Assembly (NCBI GenBank): GCA_002269645.1
Contig: NIVC01000038.1
Location: forward strand, 434,001-498,000
DNA length: 64,000 nucleotides
Direction: 5' to 3'
Origin: Macrostomum lignano
Lineage: Eukaryota
Position 1 is the first letter of the stretch; each line of letters starts with the position of its first letter. This document shows, one piece after another, positions 35,521 through 49,111 of this stretch. Under the pieces are notes generated by a model. The model did not search any database and was not told the origin of the DNA. It was given only the letters and a program-made list of their open reading frames with translations. The position numbers and the translations under genes are program-made.

Positions 35521-36719
35521 CGTAAAGACGGTCTCTGACTGTTTTTACCCTGGCTGCCTCTCTGGTAGCTTGTCTTAGGGTTGTGCGCAATCCGATTGAC
35601 CTGGCTTATGCTAGCCCAATTAACTAAGGGTCCGCCCCGGAGGGGCTGTGCCTGTTCTAAAAATAACCCAACCATTTTTTTTTCGTACATTCCAATTTTA
35701 TTGGCCCTCGGCCTTGGGTTAGGGGGGTGTACCTGGAGTGAGTGTGTACTCTGGACTGCACTGTGGCTAGAACGGGACTGAGCCCCCCGGTCTTACCCGC
35801 CCTGCAGGAGAAAATGACCATTCACGAAGGTGTACGGTAGAGCCTAGTTGATGCCAGCCCTGAGGCTGAGCCCCGGGTTGCAGGTTTGCAATACGCCTGC
35901 TTGTAGGATTCAGGTGCTCCTCCTTTCTGCCATTCTTTTTTCTGGGCTGGCATCCCAGCGCGGTTTTATCCCTTTGCTTTAATGCTTTTATTCTTCTATC
36001 TGGCCATTAGTTTGCCTTCCAATCTTTGGAGTTATGAGCTCTGCCCTCCCTGCCCGGTCCATCCTGCTCTGTCCTTGGTCCATCTGCTGGCTCCTCTGAT
36101 TGTCTCCCTGCCTAAGTGTCTCTGGCTCTCATCCTGACAGTGGATTGGTGTCCTGGGAAGGATGTTCGTCCCGAATCGGGGATACCGGCTGAGTCCGGGT
36201 CCTCTTGCTCCTTGTGCCCCTTCCCGACCCCTTGGCCTGGCCTCCAATATAGAGCTGGATAGGCGATACCCCTTGTGGCTTGCAGCCCTATAGGTTTTTT
36301 GGTCGCTAGCCTGATAGGAGACTCGCCCTCGGATACAAGCCTTCCAGACTCGCTCCAATTGTTAAGCCCTTTCCAAGACTTCTGGGTTTCCCCGCTCTTG
36401 GACGGCTTTCAGTAGTATACCAAACATTTTCAATTCCAATTCTGTTTTTGAAGCGCACTCCCGAGGACTTGTCTGCTGGGTGGTGGCCTGGGTGGATTCG
36501 GTCCTTGTACCGTCCCTGATTCCACTAATATTGGGTTGGCGGTGTCTTGTACCATAGGCTTGGGCTAGTAGCTCCAAAAATTCCCCCTGGCCAAGACGTC
36601 GGGGTCCAATCAGGAGGGTATCTCGGGCTTAGGCCCTGGAGGTGCCACTCAGCGGCAGAGCCCTCCCCTGGGCTGATCCACGAGTAGCCCCCGGCTTCCC
36701 ACCCTCGTTTAACAACAAC
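35521..36719 (+). mobile_element. Retroposed insertion with (AAC)n tail and spliced-leader-like 5' end
   Basis: TSD aatgcttttc at 35511-35520 and 36720-36729. The 3' end is ccctcgttt(aac)3 and the 5' end is (c)cgtaaagacggtctctgactg. No RT motif was found inside. Confidence 0.8.
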
Positions 36720-36989
36720 AATGCTTTTCGCCGGTTGTGTGACAATGTCGCTTAAAGTGCGCCAGGGTGCACACAACCCTTCTTTTAACTAGTAGCATCC
36801 TAATCTTCTGTAAATTAGAATCATTGCACATGTAGCGACTTAGTACTTAAACACGCAACGAGGATAACACAACTGATCATATTCAGATGCTGCCATCACC
36901 AATCAAGATTGAGGAATTATCTCATTCGCCCTCGGTCACGACAGCCAGTAGCAGCGCTTCCTCAATCATAATTAGACAACCTACTCGGA

Positions 36990-36996
36990 TATAAAA
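36990..36996 (+). promoter_or_regulatory. TATA box of peptide gene copy A (copy B at 46956-46962)
   Basis: TATAAAA lies about 80 bp upstream of the ATG and is conserved in both duplicates. Confidence 0.55.
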
Positions 36997-37071
36997 GAGA
37001 CATCATTTTAAATAGTCAAGGCTTTTATTGCCAACGAATCTGCTTATTAGTTCTCTAGTTAATTAAACACA

Positions 37072-37406
37072 ATGAGCGGCAAAGTAATCTTTGTGTTGCT
37101 GATCATTATCTTAGCTCTGACTGGTGTCAACCAATCAATGCGATTACCAGCGTCTGAAGATTCTGTAAGTACCTCCGCCTTATAGCAGCGTTGACCTGGC
37201 TACAGCCAATAGTTGTTTAAAATTAAAAGCCGGAAAATTTCCAGCAGCCACCATCGGAGCTGAATGATTTTCTCCGCGTCATCCTGGCTGAGGCCCGAGC
37301 CAGACTGGGCGGTAATTTCGCCGACAAGAGGTCTGGCGAGAAGTCGTCGCGCTACGGTCGCTGCAGCGGAGTGTACCATCCGGTGGCGTGCTTCGGAGTG
37401 CAGTGA
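37072..37406 (+). CDS. Secreted prepropeptide with C-terminal disulfide loop, copy A (84 aa)
   Basis: Exons are 37072-37164 (donor GTAAGT) and 37245-37406 (phase 0, NAGNAG acceptor). Translation: MSGKVIFVLLIIILALTGVNQSMRLPASEDS|QPPSELNDFLRVILAEARARLGGNFADKR SGEKSSRYGRCSGVYHPVACFGVQ*. Confidence 0.8.
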
Positions 37407-38946
37407 TTTGACCTGCTCGACTACGTCACAAGCCTATCTTGAGCCATGCCTCGATTAAACTGAACAGAACACTACAAAAGTTCAGTTGTGCATTTGCCAA
37501 CTGTAGTGCCGAAAAAGACGGGAACTTACAATATCACCAGTTGATAATTTTTAATAAACGCAATCGCAATTGAAAAAAGGAAATTACGAGCCTACTCGTA
37601 TATGCAGACAGTTTCATTATATAGTGATTTAGTGTTTTTACTGCGATTGGTATGAAATCGATCAAAGACCACAAGAAGATACTGTTTGATTAGGACGTAC
37701 ATGTAAAACTCGAATTTAATGGAATTAGCTTCCACTACCACCAAGCAAAGAACAGAACAAGGAACATGGCAAATAGCTGGCGTAACCAGAACAGAAAGGA
37801 CAAAAGCCTTCTTCTCAAAGCCAAACCAAAAAGCAACAAGCAGAAGAAAGAAAACTAGCAAGAGCCGCTGTTAAAAGAGAAGAGATTCGCCGCATTCTGG
37901 CCGACCCGGGTTGGGCACGGCTTCGCAGGCACTAATTGCACTGTTGTTCTTGGTAGACGACTGCAGCTAGCGGGTGTGATAACGGGTCAAAGCGGGTGCA
38001 TGGCCAGGTGCTAGTGCCGGCAACAGTACTCTGCATTTTGACGAACTGGTTAGTTTTCCCATAGAAAAGGAAGTGAGTAGTAGTACTTCTTCATATTTTG
38101 CTAGCGAGCTCAAACGCAGCTGAGGCGGATAATTGACGTGCCTTCTCACTGGACTTCTTGAACAATTCCCTTCAGGCGCACAAACTTGACATTACAGTCT
38201 CACCAAAATCTTTTGCGGCTGGAGTGCCTTAATTGTAGTCACATGAGTTTCTTCCGGTTATATATATGTGTATCCATCTAGATTATAGGGGTCGGCAAAC
38301 TCCGGCTCGCGGACCCGCCAAGCCTCGCTATGCGGCCCTCTCAAGGCCGGCTTGTGTCTATTCTCAGCTCTCTTTCCTCTATAATTTCCTCTCGCTTTTC
38401 TTCTCCCTTCTCTTCTCTGGTCTCCTCTCCTCTCCTCTGTTTTCTCCTCTCCTCTCTTCTCCCTTCTCACCTCTCCTCTCCTCTACGAGCTTATGACTGG
38501 GTTTTTGTCCCGAGCAGCAGGTGCAGCACCCAAACGCCGCTTCCATAGGATCTGGGATAGGGACTTCTTGGACAAAGAAGAACAATAATTAAGTAGATGA
38601 GCTCTGAACAGGTACCTAATATCCATGTGTTGATTAATTTTCATTTATTCATACTTTTTTCCAGTTGCTGCAGTATCAAATTGACAATAATCGAATGTAC
38701 AGATTGCAGACTGCTCATAGTCACAGACGTATCCTTCTTGTGTTTAAATGTTGCTAAATGCATGGTACATGCACTTTCGAGAGCCTATATAGAATAGAAG
38801 AATGTAAATGAGTCAGTCCCATGAGTGATTTTCAGCTTAGGTTAAGCAGTGAATCCTACAAATTAGTCACGATGTGGCTATTTTTTCTGGATCTACTTTT
38901 AGGTGTTTTTCCGGTTATACAGGGATGGGGGTGCATCCATCTCGAT

Positions 38947-41216
<2,270 letters not shown>

Positions 41217-41303
41217 GATTACAGTGGTAAATTCTTAAATAAGCACTAAAACAATTTGATAATTTAATAGTTTGCTGTCAATTATTTTCAGTTTAACCTT
41301 ATG

Positions 41304-41636
41304 CTACAGTCTAGCCGAGACCGGATCCAGCTCTTCCCGAAACACTTGAATAATTCTGCACCAGCTGTCTACCTGAGCCTCGTGATGCTGTTTTGAATTG
41401 CCGCCATAGTCCATGTTCAAGCCGTAGAGTCCGTGATAGCACAGCGGGGTGCAGGGGCTGATTGGCGGCTCTAGCAGGTGACCCGCACCTGGATAGGCCA
41501 CGTGATCAACTCGACGCTGTCCGTTAGATCTTCGAATTCGAGCAGCCAGACGCGCTCCGGTGTCCACAGGCATTGAGTAGTCATCGAGGCTGGATAGGAA
41601 CAGAAACCTGCAGGTGGACTTTTCCACAGGTAGCTC
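41304..41636 (-). other. Orphan intact duplicate of the ACOT paralog 2 terminal exon
   Basis: The 333-nt exon ELPVEKS...AGHLLEPP...PVSARL* keeps its acceptor (tggcag|GAG) and is nearly identical to 52064-52396. No upstream ACOT exons lie adjacent. Confidence 0.8.
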
Positions 41637-42689
41637 CTGCCATGGAGATTTTGAATAGGCTGATGGGAAGTTTTTGTCAATGATCCTGACCAATTAGATC
41701 TTGAAAATAAAAACAGTTGGAAAACGTGTCAATTCAGACTGGTAATTTTGCTTAGCAGCAAACTAAAAATGCCGCACCCGGTCCCAAACCAAGCAGCCCA
41801 TTCCGCTGATTCCTGAGTATATGCAGGCTAAGCCAGTTCTGTACGCTGGCACGCACTCACACTCACGCTCACACAGGATGTACAGGTGACCTTTGACTTT
41901 CTAATCAAGTCAGGCATGTACTCTCTGTGTCTTTGGGAGCTGGCCTTCATGCCTGTGAATCGCACGACAAATACTCGTTTTTACAAGGAGTTTTACAAGG
42001 GATTTTACAAGGGGAGATGGGATTTTAAATGGGGAGATGGGATTTCAAATGGGAGATGGGATTTCAAATGGGGAGGTCTTATAAAGCAATGGATTGGTCA
42101 AAGTTCTAAGTCAGCATCAGCATTGGTGGATTGTTTATTTGTTAATATCAATATTTCATTGGCTCGCTCATTTTGACACTTCGTTGTCCAGGGCCTGAGA
42201 TTCCTGAGGTCCTCCCAAGTCCCTTGTATTGTAGTATACAACAATGAACCATACCACTCCAATCCATTGAATTTGAATGCAGAGAATAGAAAAAGATGTT
42301 TTTGGAAAAAAAAATTAGGCGAGATCCGTAGTTTCATTACTAAAAAAAATACCTACTTTCACCCAGACAATCCTACTGAAGTCCCTATTTTTCGTAAACT
42401 TTTTTCCTACTTCCAATTCTTTCCAACTCTTTCCTACTTCCAAAAGCATTTGTTTAAAACCCTTAAAAGCCTGACTATCAATATTTCCTCCCCTGACTAA
42501 ATTACTAACAGTAGTGCAAATGCGTATCTGTGCTAGAGACATGTATCTCGTTAGTCAAGCCAAAACTTAAGCATAAAACTTGAAAGTTACTGATGTACCT
42601 GCCCCTATCAATAATATGAAAAGAGTTTGCAGTCATATGGATGTTTCCTGAAGCCAAACAAGCCAGTCGCACTGGAAACTGATCGCTCA

Positions 42690-43200
42690 GGCCAGCGTGC
42701 GCCGCGTCTACTTGTTGTTCAAGCGAGTCCGTCAGCGTCCAGGACTCAGTACTGCATTGCATTGGATTGGAGTATTGTATACAGCTGTATAGCAGGACAG
42801 CCTCTACCACCGCTTGGAACAGCGCCACCTTCAGACCGTTAAATGGGCCTCAGACTGCAGGACAGCCCTCTCACAGAACGAAAGGGGCTGCTCAGGAAAG
42901 TCCGCGGCGACGCCGCGCAGATCCTCGCGGACACCGGGAACCGGACTGCCGCGATAGATGAACTGCTGACAACACGCAAGCTTTAGTTTGGTCGGAGATC
43001 TCACCTGTCCATCTGCGCCTCAAGACAAACTTTCAGCCTCGATGTCGTCCACCACGCAGATCACGACGGCCTTCAGCGTGTTGACCAGCAGGGCGACACT
43101 CGCCGCAACAGCAAACAGCTTTAGGAGACGTACGTAGCAGCTAACGTTGCGATTAAAACGCTATTGAGACGCAATTATAGTCTTCGAATCCGATAGTTTT
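42690..43200 (-). mobile_element. Decayed RTE-like LINE RT 3' remnant (copy B)
   Basis: ALFQAVVEAVLLY...ESWTLTDSLEQQVDAAHA; paralogous to 27840-28330. Confidence 0.65.
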
Positions 43201-43709
43201 GTTCGGACTTGCATCGTAGCGTATGGAGGACCGTAACGCCATTTAGTCTAAAGCAACCGTTTGGCTGGATTGTGGCAATCATTTTCATGATTCTAGCAGC
43301 CAACGGCAGCCCAATGTCCACTCAATAAATAGTGTTACCAACCAAATAAAGCGGAATTCGGGATAAACACGAGCATTAAGGTCACAAAATCGTAGCATGC
43401 ATGAATCAGAAATCGAGATCTATATTTCTACGACTCTGTAATTCGTCAGAACTGTTTTCTAGAATTGTCGATAGCTGAAGTGCGGGGTTGTCTAGATCGC
43501 ATCAATAAGAGACCATTTAAAAATTGTCCAAAATTAAATAAAACATTTTAAAATGCATCATTTTAAAAGCTGGCATTAAGTAAAGCCTGGATGAAGTTCT
43601 CTTTTTTGCGAATCTGACTGCACATAAGTGTACACTGTTGTTGTTTAATAATAGTCGTAATAATTCATTTCACCTGCTCTAATTGTCAGATGTGTAACCG
43701 GCCGTCAGC

Positions 43710-43956
43710 CGTGGCTACTGCGCAGTGCTGCTGAAGGCTGTTCAGTCGAATGACTTGGAGAGGGGGGGTCGCCACACACAGCCTCATTTACATGTACCTC
43801 AGCTAATTCTGGCACACATTTTACAGCTGGGTAAATTGAAGCAATGCAGAGTTAAGTGTCTTATTCAAGCACACGATTTGTTCCGAGTGGGTCTAGAATT
43901 AAACCCCCGATCTTTCAGTCGTGAGTCCGCCGCTTTAACCACTAGGCTACAACCCC
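43710..43956 (-). mobile_element. tRNA-derived CORE/Meta-like SINE (copy B)
   Basis: Paralog of 28820-29060. The B box has decayed to GGTTTAATTC. Confidence 0.65.
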
Positions 43957-44271
43957 AGTTCAATTTTCTTTACACGATATCACAAGTTGGCAAAAGCAGA
44001 AAGACATTTATGCCTTCTGTGCAAACCTTATTTACAAAAATACACCAACCCCTCTCCATTTGCCGTCTGCACATAATTTTGGGTCAATTCTACTTGCTTT
44101 CTACTACTTCTACTTCTACTACTTGCTAGGAGAGAATATTTTATTTTACTATCTTGAAGAAGGTGAATTGTATAAATGAGTTTGTTTCATATGTCTCAGT
44201 AAAGTTTCTGATCAGGCATAAATACAGAAGAAGCCCTCAAGAGCTTAGCAGCTAAAATCTCAACATTAAAA

Positions 44272-45831
44272 ATGTCGTCAGACGCGAGCGCCACTCAGTG
44301 CAGCATCAGGGCATGCAATAAACCGATCCACGATGAGGGACCCCGCACTGGTGTGTCTCTGTGCCGAGTTCACTTCGACAAGGAGGTGCTCAAGCTCACT
44401 GAGCAGAAGGACAACCTGATGAAGAAGCTGCGCGCTCTTAGGGACACTCCAGACACGTCGCAGCTGCGAGTTGAGCAGAGAGCGCTAGCAGCAGAGATCG
44501 AGGACGTTAGAGAGATGTTCGACGAGCTGGAGGAGGAGCTGCGACAGTGGCGGCAGCGGACAGAGGCTCGAGTGCAGGCGGTGCACGACTCGGTAGCTGA
44601 TCGTCTGAGAGACGCGTCGGAGGCGGAGCAGTGCGAGAAGGACCTGACGGCTGCTTCCGAGGCTGGAGACGTGCGGGAGATGGCGAAGCTTGCAGCCACC
44701 ACCGAGCTGTGGCTGGAAGACGCCAGTGAGCGATCGGCGAAGTTTAACGAGACTCGTTTGAAGCTGCGCGAGCGGCAAAGCGCGGTGAGTCATGGACTCA
44801 GTAGTGATGTGGTCGTTCGGTCTGTGGGAGACGTCGTGGCAGGAGTGCAGCAGCTGAAGCTCGTCATCAACAAGCATATGACTAGCGTGATGCAGCAGTG
44901 CTGGCTTGAAGACGGAGACGGACAGACTTCGACCAACAGGTCAATGACTACAATTGACAAACTTGAAGATCAACCATGTCACCTGTGTTGCTGCTCAAAC
45001 ACTGCTGGATTTGTCTGCGACTCAGCAGGTCGCATTGCAAAGGCTGGACCATCGAGCTCTGGCATCAAGCCGCTGCCTCAACCGAGCATCTTTATTGCAT
45101 TTGACCAGAAAAAAGTAGACTATTTGCAGGTGGTGTCTCTCGATGGAAGCGAGAGGCTGGAGTACCACTCAAAGCTGAACTGGAGAGAATGGATCACCGG
45201 ACTTCACTGCGACAATGAGAAACAGATGCTGTTTGTGAGCCAGTCTCGGTCTGTGACAGTGTCTGATCTGAGTGGAGAAATTACTCGAATAATCACGGCA
45301 GAGAGCCTGGGCCTGAGTGCTTTAAGAGTTCATGCCATTTGCGGGAACATGGACAAACTGTTTGTATTAAATATGAACTTAAAACATGTTCATTTAGTAG
45401 GCAAGAAGTCCGGAAATCTCGAGAGCTCACTTGACGTTTCACACCTTGGTGAAGATTTGGACGAGATCGCCCTACACGGAAGCAAGATTTTGCTGGTAGA
45501 TTGTTATAGTCTCGGCAAGGTTCGTAGAATATGCTCCATCAGCGGTCAGCTGATCTCGAGTTATCCTGCCGAGGCCGGTCTCAGATTAAGCCGGCCTGTT
45601 CAAGTCGCTGTGGATAGCAGAGGCGTTCTGTTCGTCACAGATGCTGTGAATAACACAGTTTGTGCGTTTTTATGCTCGGGAGAACTTCTTCAGACTTTTG
45701 GCGGGATACGGCAAGAAGAAAGTTTTTTTTCAAAACCCTTTGGTTTGATTGTTGTGCAGTCAGAATCAGGTGAGTTGCTGGTTGTTGCGGACCGTCAGAA
45801 TAGTTGTCTGCGAATCTTCCAGTTGGGTTAA
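44272..45831 (+). CDS. RING-less TRIM/NHL-like protein: N-terminal C-x4-C...C-x2-H zinc finger, coiled coil, NHL beta-propeller (519 aa, single coding exon)
   Basis: Uninterrupted ORF with CSIRAC...LCRVH, a heptad-rich region, and NHL-type repeats RPVQVAVDSRGVLFVTDAVNNTV and KPFGLIV...LVVADRQNSCLRIF. Confidence 0.85.
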   Translation: MSSDASATQCSIRACNKPIHDEGPRTGVSLCRVHFDKEVLKLTEQKDNLMKKLRALRDTPDTSQLRVEQRALAAEIEDVREMFDELEEELRQWRQRTEARVQAVHDSVADRLRDASEAEQCEKDLTAASEAGDVREMAKLAATTELWLEDASERSAKFNETRLKLRERQSAVSHGLSSDVVVRSVGDVVAGVQQLKLVINKHMTSVMQQCWLEDGDGQTSTNRSMTTIDKLEDQPCHLCCCSNTAGFVCDSAGRIAKAGPSSSGIKPLPQPSIFIAFDQKKVDYLQVVSLDGSERLEYHSKLNWREWITGLHCDNEKQMLFVSQSRSVTVSDLSGEITRIITAESLGLSALRVHAICGNMDKLFVLNMNLKHVHLVGKKSGNLESSLDVSHLGEDLDEIALHGSKILLVDCYSLGKVRRICSISGQLISSYPAEAGLRLSRPVQVAVDSRGVLFVTDAVNNTVCAFLCSGELLQTFGGIRQEESFFSKPFGLIVVQSESGELLVVADRQNSCLRIFQLG

Positions 45832-46429
45832 AAAGCCAAATAACAATCGAACTTCTACTTGACACTCAACTGGAAGTTAAAATCTTCCGTGAACTTTCTA
45901 ACATTTTTGTTTATTCTTAGAACGATTGTGTCGTAGAACCATGGCAAATTATTACTTCAATAAAAAATGTAACAATGGTGAGGACTGTAGCCAATATTTA
46001 TACATAATTTGTTGCATATACTGCACATGCAAATGTTGATATTAAATAGTTTCTATTTTTAAGGACGCGACTGGATAGATATCTTTTTATACTAGCTAAA
46101 TACAGTAATAATTTGCTATACGGGTTCAAAACTTCTCTTTGATCATTGATCAATAATTCGAAGCTGATGTATTATCAAATCTGCTTTCGAAAATTTCAAT
46201 AATAATTTCAATCTGTGCTGGTTTTTACTTTAAAAAATAAAGAAAAAACATTAATCCAATATATACGATCAAATTATAGCTTCATGAAAATATTAACATT
46301 AATATGTTGAAATATTGTGCCAGTATTTTTTACATATTTTCTGAATTGTGTACGGCCTTCAAATTGACTTTCTAGCGTTACCGCGATCTGAGCTAAGCCT
46401 TGCAAAATCGGATAACTTTTAGTGACTTA

Positions 46430-46740
46430 CTAATTTAGGACTAAATTGGAATCTCGGCTTGGCTCTGCTCGTACAATTAACGCCCTTGAGGGCCAACCCC
46501 CAAAGCACAGGGAAGTGTACATGTACATGCCTAACGATAAATTAAGTTAGGGCCGCTGTACACTCCTGTGTGAGTGTGTGCTTGCGCGTATGACTGCATA
46601 CGTATCCTGCATGTGTGCTTACTCAGGGGAGTCGGCGGAATGGGCAGCAATGCTTCTCGCCGGTTGTGTGAGAAAGCTAGTCGCTTTAAGTGCGCCAGGG
46701 TGCACACTGCCCTCTGTCCTTAACTAAATAGCATCTTAAA
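46430..46740 (+). mobile_element. SINE body, uninterrupted copy (5'-truncated)
   Basis: Colinear with the reverse complement of 60990-61270. It provides the empty sites for the three insertions in copy A. Confidence 0.8.
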
Positions 46741-47037
46741 CTTTGGAAGGGGCCTCCTGTCTGTAAATTAGAATCATTGCACATGTAGCGACATATTACT
46801 TAAACACGCAACGAGGATAACACAACTGATCATATTCAGATGCTGCCATCACCAATCAAGATTGAGGAATTTCGGATCGAAACTATCTCATTCGCCCTCG
46901 GTCACGACAGCCAGTAGCAGCGCTTCCTCAATCATAATTAGACAACCTATTCGTATATAAAAGAGACATCATTTTAAATAGTCATGACTTTTATTGCCAA
47001 CGAATCTGCTTATTAGTTCTCTAGTTAATGAAACACA

Positions 47038-47367
47038 ATGAGCGGCAAAGTAATCTTTGTGTTGCTGATCATTATCTTAGCTCTGACTGGTGTCAACCAA
47101 TCAATGCGATTACCAGCGTCTGAAGATTCTGTAAGTAACTCCACCTTATAGCAGCGTTTACCTTGCTGCTGCAGTTGTTAAAAATTCAAAACCGGAAATA
47201 TTCAGAAGCAACCATCAGAGCTGAATGATTTTCTCCGCGTCATCCTGGCTGAGGCCCGAGCCAGAGTGGGCGGTAATTCCGCCGACAAGAGGTCTGCTAG
47301 GAGGTTATCGCGCTACGGTCCCTGCAGCGGAGTGTACCATCCGGTGGCCTGCATTGGAGTGCAGTGA
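47038..47367 (+). CDS. Secreted prepropeptide with C-terminal disulfide loop, copy B (84 aa)
   Basis: Exons are 47038-47130 and 47206-47367. Translation ends ...EDS|KQPSELNDFLRVILAEARARVGGNSADKR SARRLSRYGPCSGVYHPVACIGVQ*. Confidence 0.8.
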
Positions 47368-48840
47368 TTTGACCGCTCGCTTACTTCACAATCCTATCTT
47401 GAGCCAGCCTCAATTGAGTTGAAAAGACCACGACAAAATTTCAATAGTGAATTTGTCAACTCAAGTGCCGAAATATACGCGAACTTCATATTGCCAGTTA
47501 AAAATCTTTAATGCAGGCATTCGCGTAAGAAAAAACCAATTAAATGTAGAAATTTTCAGTATACAGTGTTTTAGTGCTTTTCTGCGATTGGTAAATCCAT
47601 CAAGGACCCTAAGAACTGTTACTGTTAAATTATGACGTGCATGTAAAATTCGCATTTGATAGAATTTGCCTGCACTGTCAACCGCGACAAAGAACAAAGC
47701 AACGAACATGGCGCAACGAGCTGGCATAACCAGGACGGAAGGCACAAAGCCTTCTCAAGCCAAAGCAAAAAACCAATAGCAAAAAACTAGCAAGAACCGC
47801 TGACAAAAAGCGAAGAGCTGATTCACCGCATTCAGACCGACCTGGGGTGGGCACCTCTTCGCAGGTTGTGCACCGAATTCTCGGCAGCACTGATGCCCGT
47901 GAAGGCCTGTCTGTTGTCCTGGTGAATATTTGACCAAAGAAAACAGACCCGACTGCTGTGGGTTCAGGCAGTGAGACAGAACCGGTAGCCAGGAATCAGT
48001 GCTGGCAGCAGTACTCTGTGCGTCCTGTCGAATCGGTTAGTTATTCGGTAAAGAAGGAAGTAAGCGGCGGACTATCTTTGCACTTTGACAGCAAGCTCAA
48101 ATGTATAGCACAGGCGGATCTACATGACTCCTGACTGGAATTCTTGACCATTCCTAACCAAGCGCATAAACTTGGCGTTGGAGTCTCATCAGGATCTCCT
48201 GTGGCTGGAGCGCCGGTGACCTGTGACATGCGTTTATTCTTCAAGTTATATAGGTGTATCCATCTCTAGATTATACGGGGTTGGCGAACTTCGGCCCTCA
48301 CAATAGCGATCTCCTTTCCTATCTTCTCCCTTCTCTTCTCTCCTCTCCGAGCTTGACTAGGTTTTGTCCCGAGCAGCAGGTGCAGCACCCGAACGCTTCT
48401 ATAGGATCTGAGATAGGGACTTTTTGGACAAAGAAGAACAATAAGTACATGAGCTCTTAACTAGAAAACTCAATCAAGCGGACAAAGGTAGGGACAAGCG
48501 GGTACTTAATATCGATGTGTTGATTAATTTTCACTTATTCAAAACTCTTCTGCAGAGTTGCTGCATTATTCAAATCGACAATAATCGAATAACAGAATAC
48601 AGACTGCTCATAATTGTCACATAGAAGCATGATTTTTTGTGTACACGTAGCTTAATGGTACATGTACTTTCGAGAGTCCTATAATTGTTTCCTTTTTGAA
48701 AAGTAAATAGACTTACCCAAAGAGCTATAGTTAAAAGTAAAAACATCGCTGTGTAGAGATAATGCAGACATTTTAGACGAATTCAACTGACGTCGGCTAC
48801 GCCTTAGATAATTCGATCAAGGATCATGCAACTGCCAGCC

Positions 48841-49111
48841 CAGGGGCGTAGCCAGGATTTTTTTTTGGGGGTATCGGTTAGCTGTTATCAGAAAGCAAGG
48901 GCTTGAGATCCACATATCCCCTTAATGTATTTCTAGTGCATAATACATATAATTACTCTATTTGTTTGTTAATTGTTATTCTTTCGATTTGGATACCTTT
49001 CTCTTCCTTAGTTAATGGTCACAATTGCAACTGAAAAAAGGAAAAAAAATGTTGCTTTGGAAATTTGGGGGTATCGGCCGATATACCGATACCCCCCTCG
49101 CTACGCCCCTG
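48841..49111. mobile_element. hAT-type MITE (271 bp)
   Basis: TIRs are CAGGGGCGTAGC / GCTACGCCCCTG. The 8-bp TSD tgccagcc lies at 48833-48840 and 49112-49119. Confidence 0.92.

Larger units (their letters stand above)
31925..36785 (+). mobile_element. SINE copy (family of 60975-61345) interrupted by three nested insertions
   Basis: Removing 31964-34517, 34634-35483 and 35521-36719 (plus one TSD each) restores a sequence colinear with 46430-46740 and with the reverse complement of 60990-61270. Confidence 0.85.

Noticed and set aside
35520-35620. A bona fide SL RNA gene or a standard trans-spliced processed pseudogene
   Set aside because: The match stops after about 22 nt. There is no terminal ATG/GT donor or clear Sm site, and the sequence lies inside a TSD-flanked insertion.
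41637-41693. MVRIIDKNF... as the N-terminus of ORFs 41304-41693 and 52064-52453
   Set aside because: It is intronic. The phase-0 acceptor tggcag|GAG aligns with paralog 1 (RDQELPVE), and the other nearby AGs give stops in that phase.
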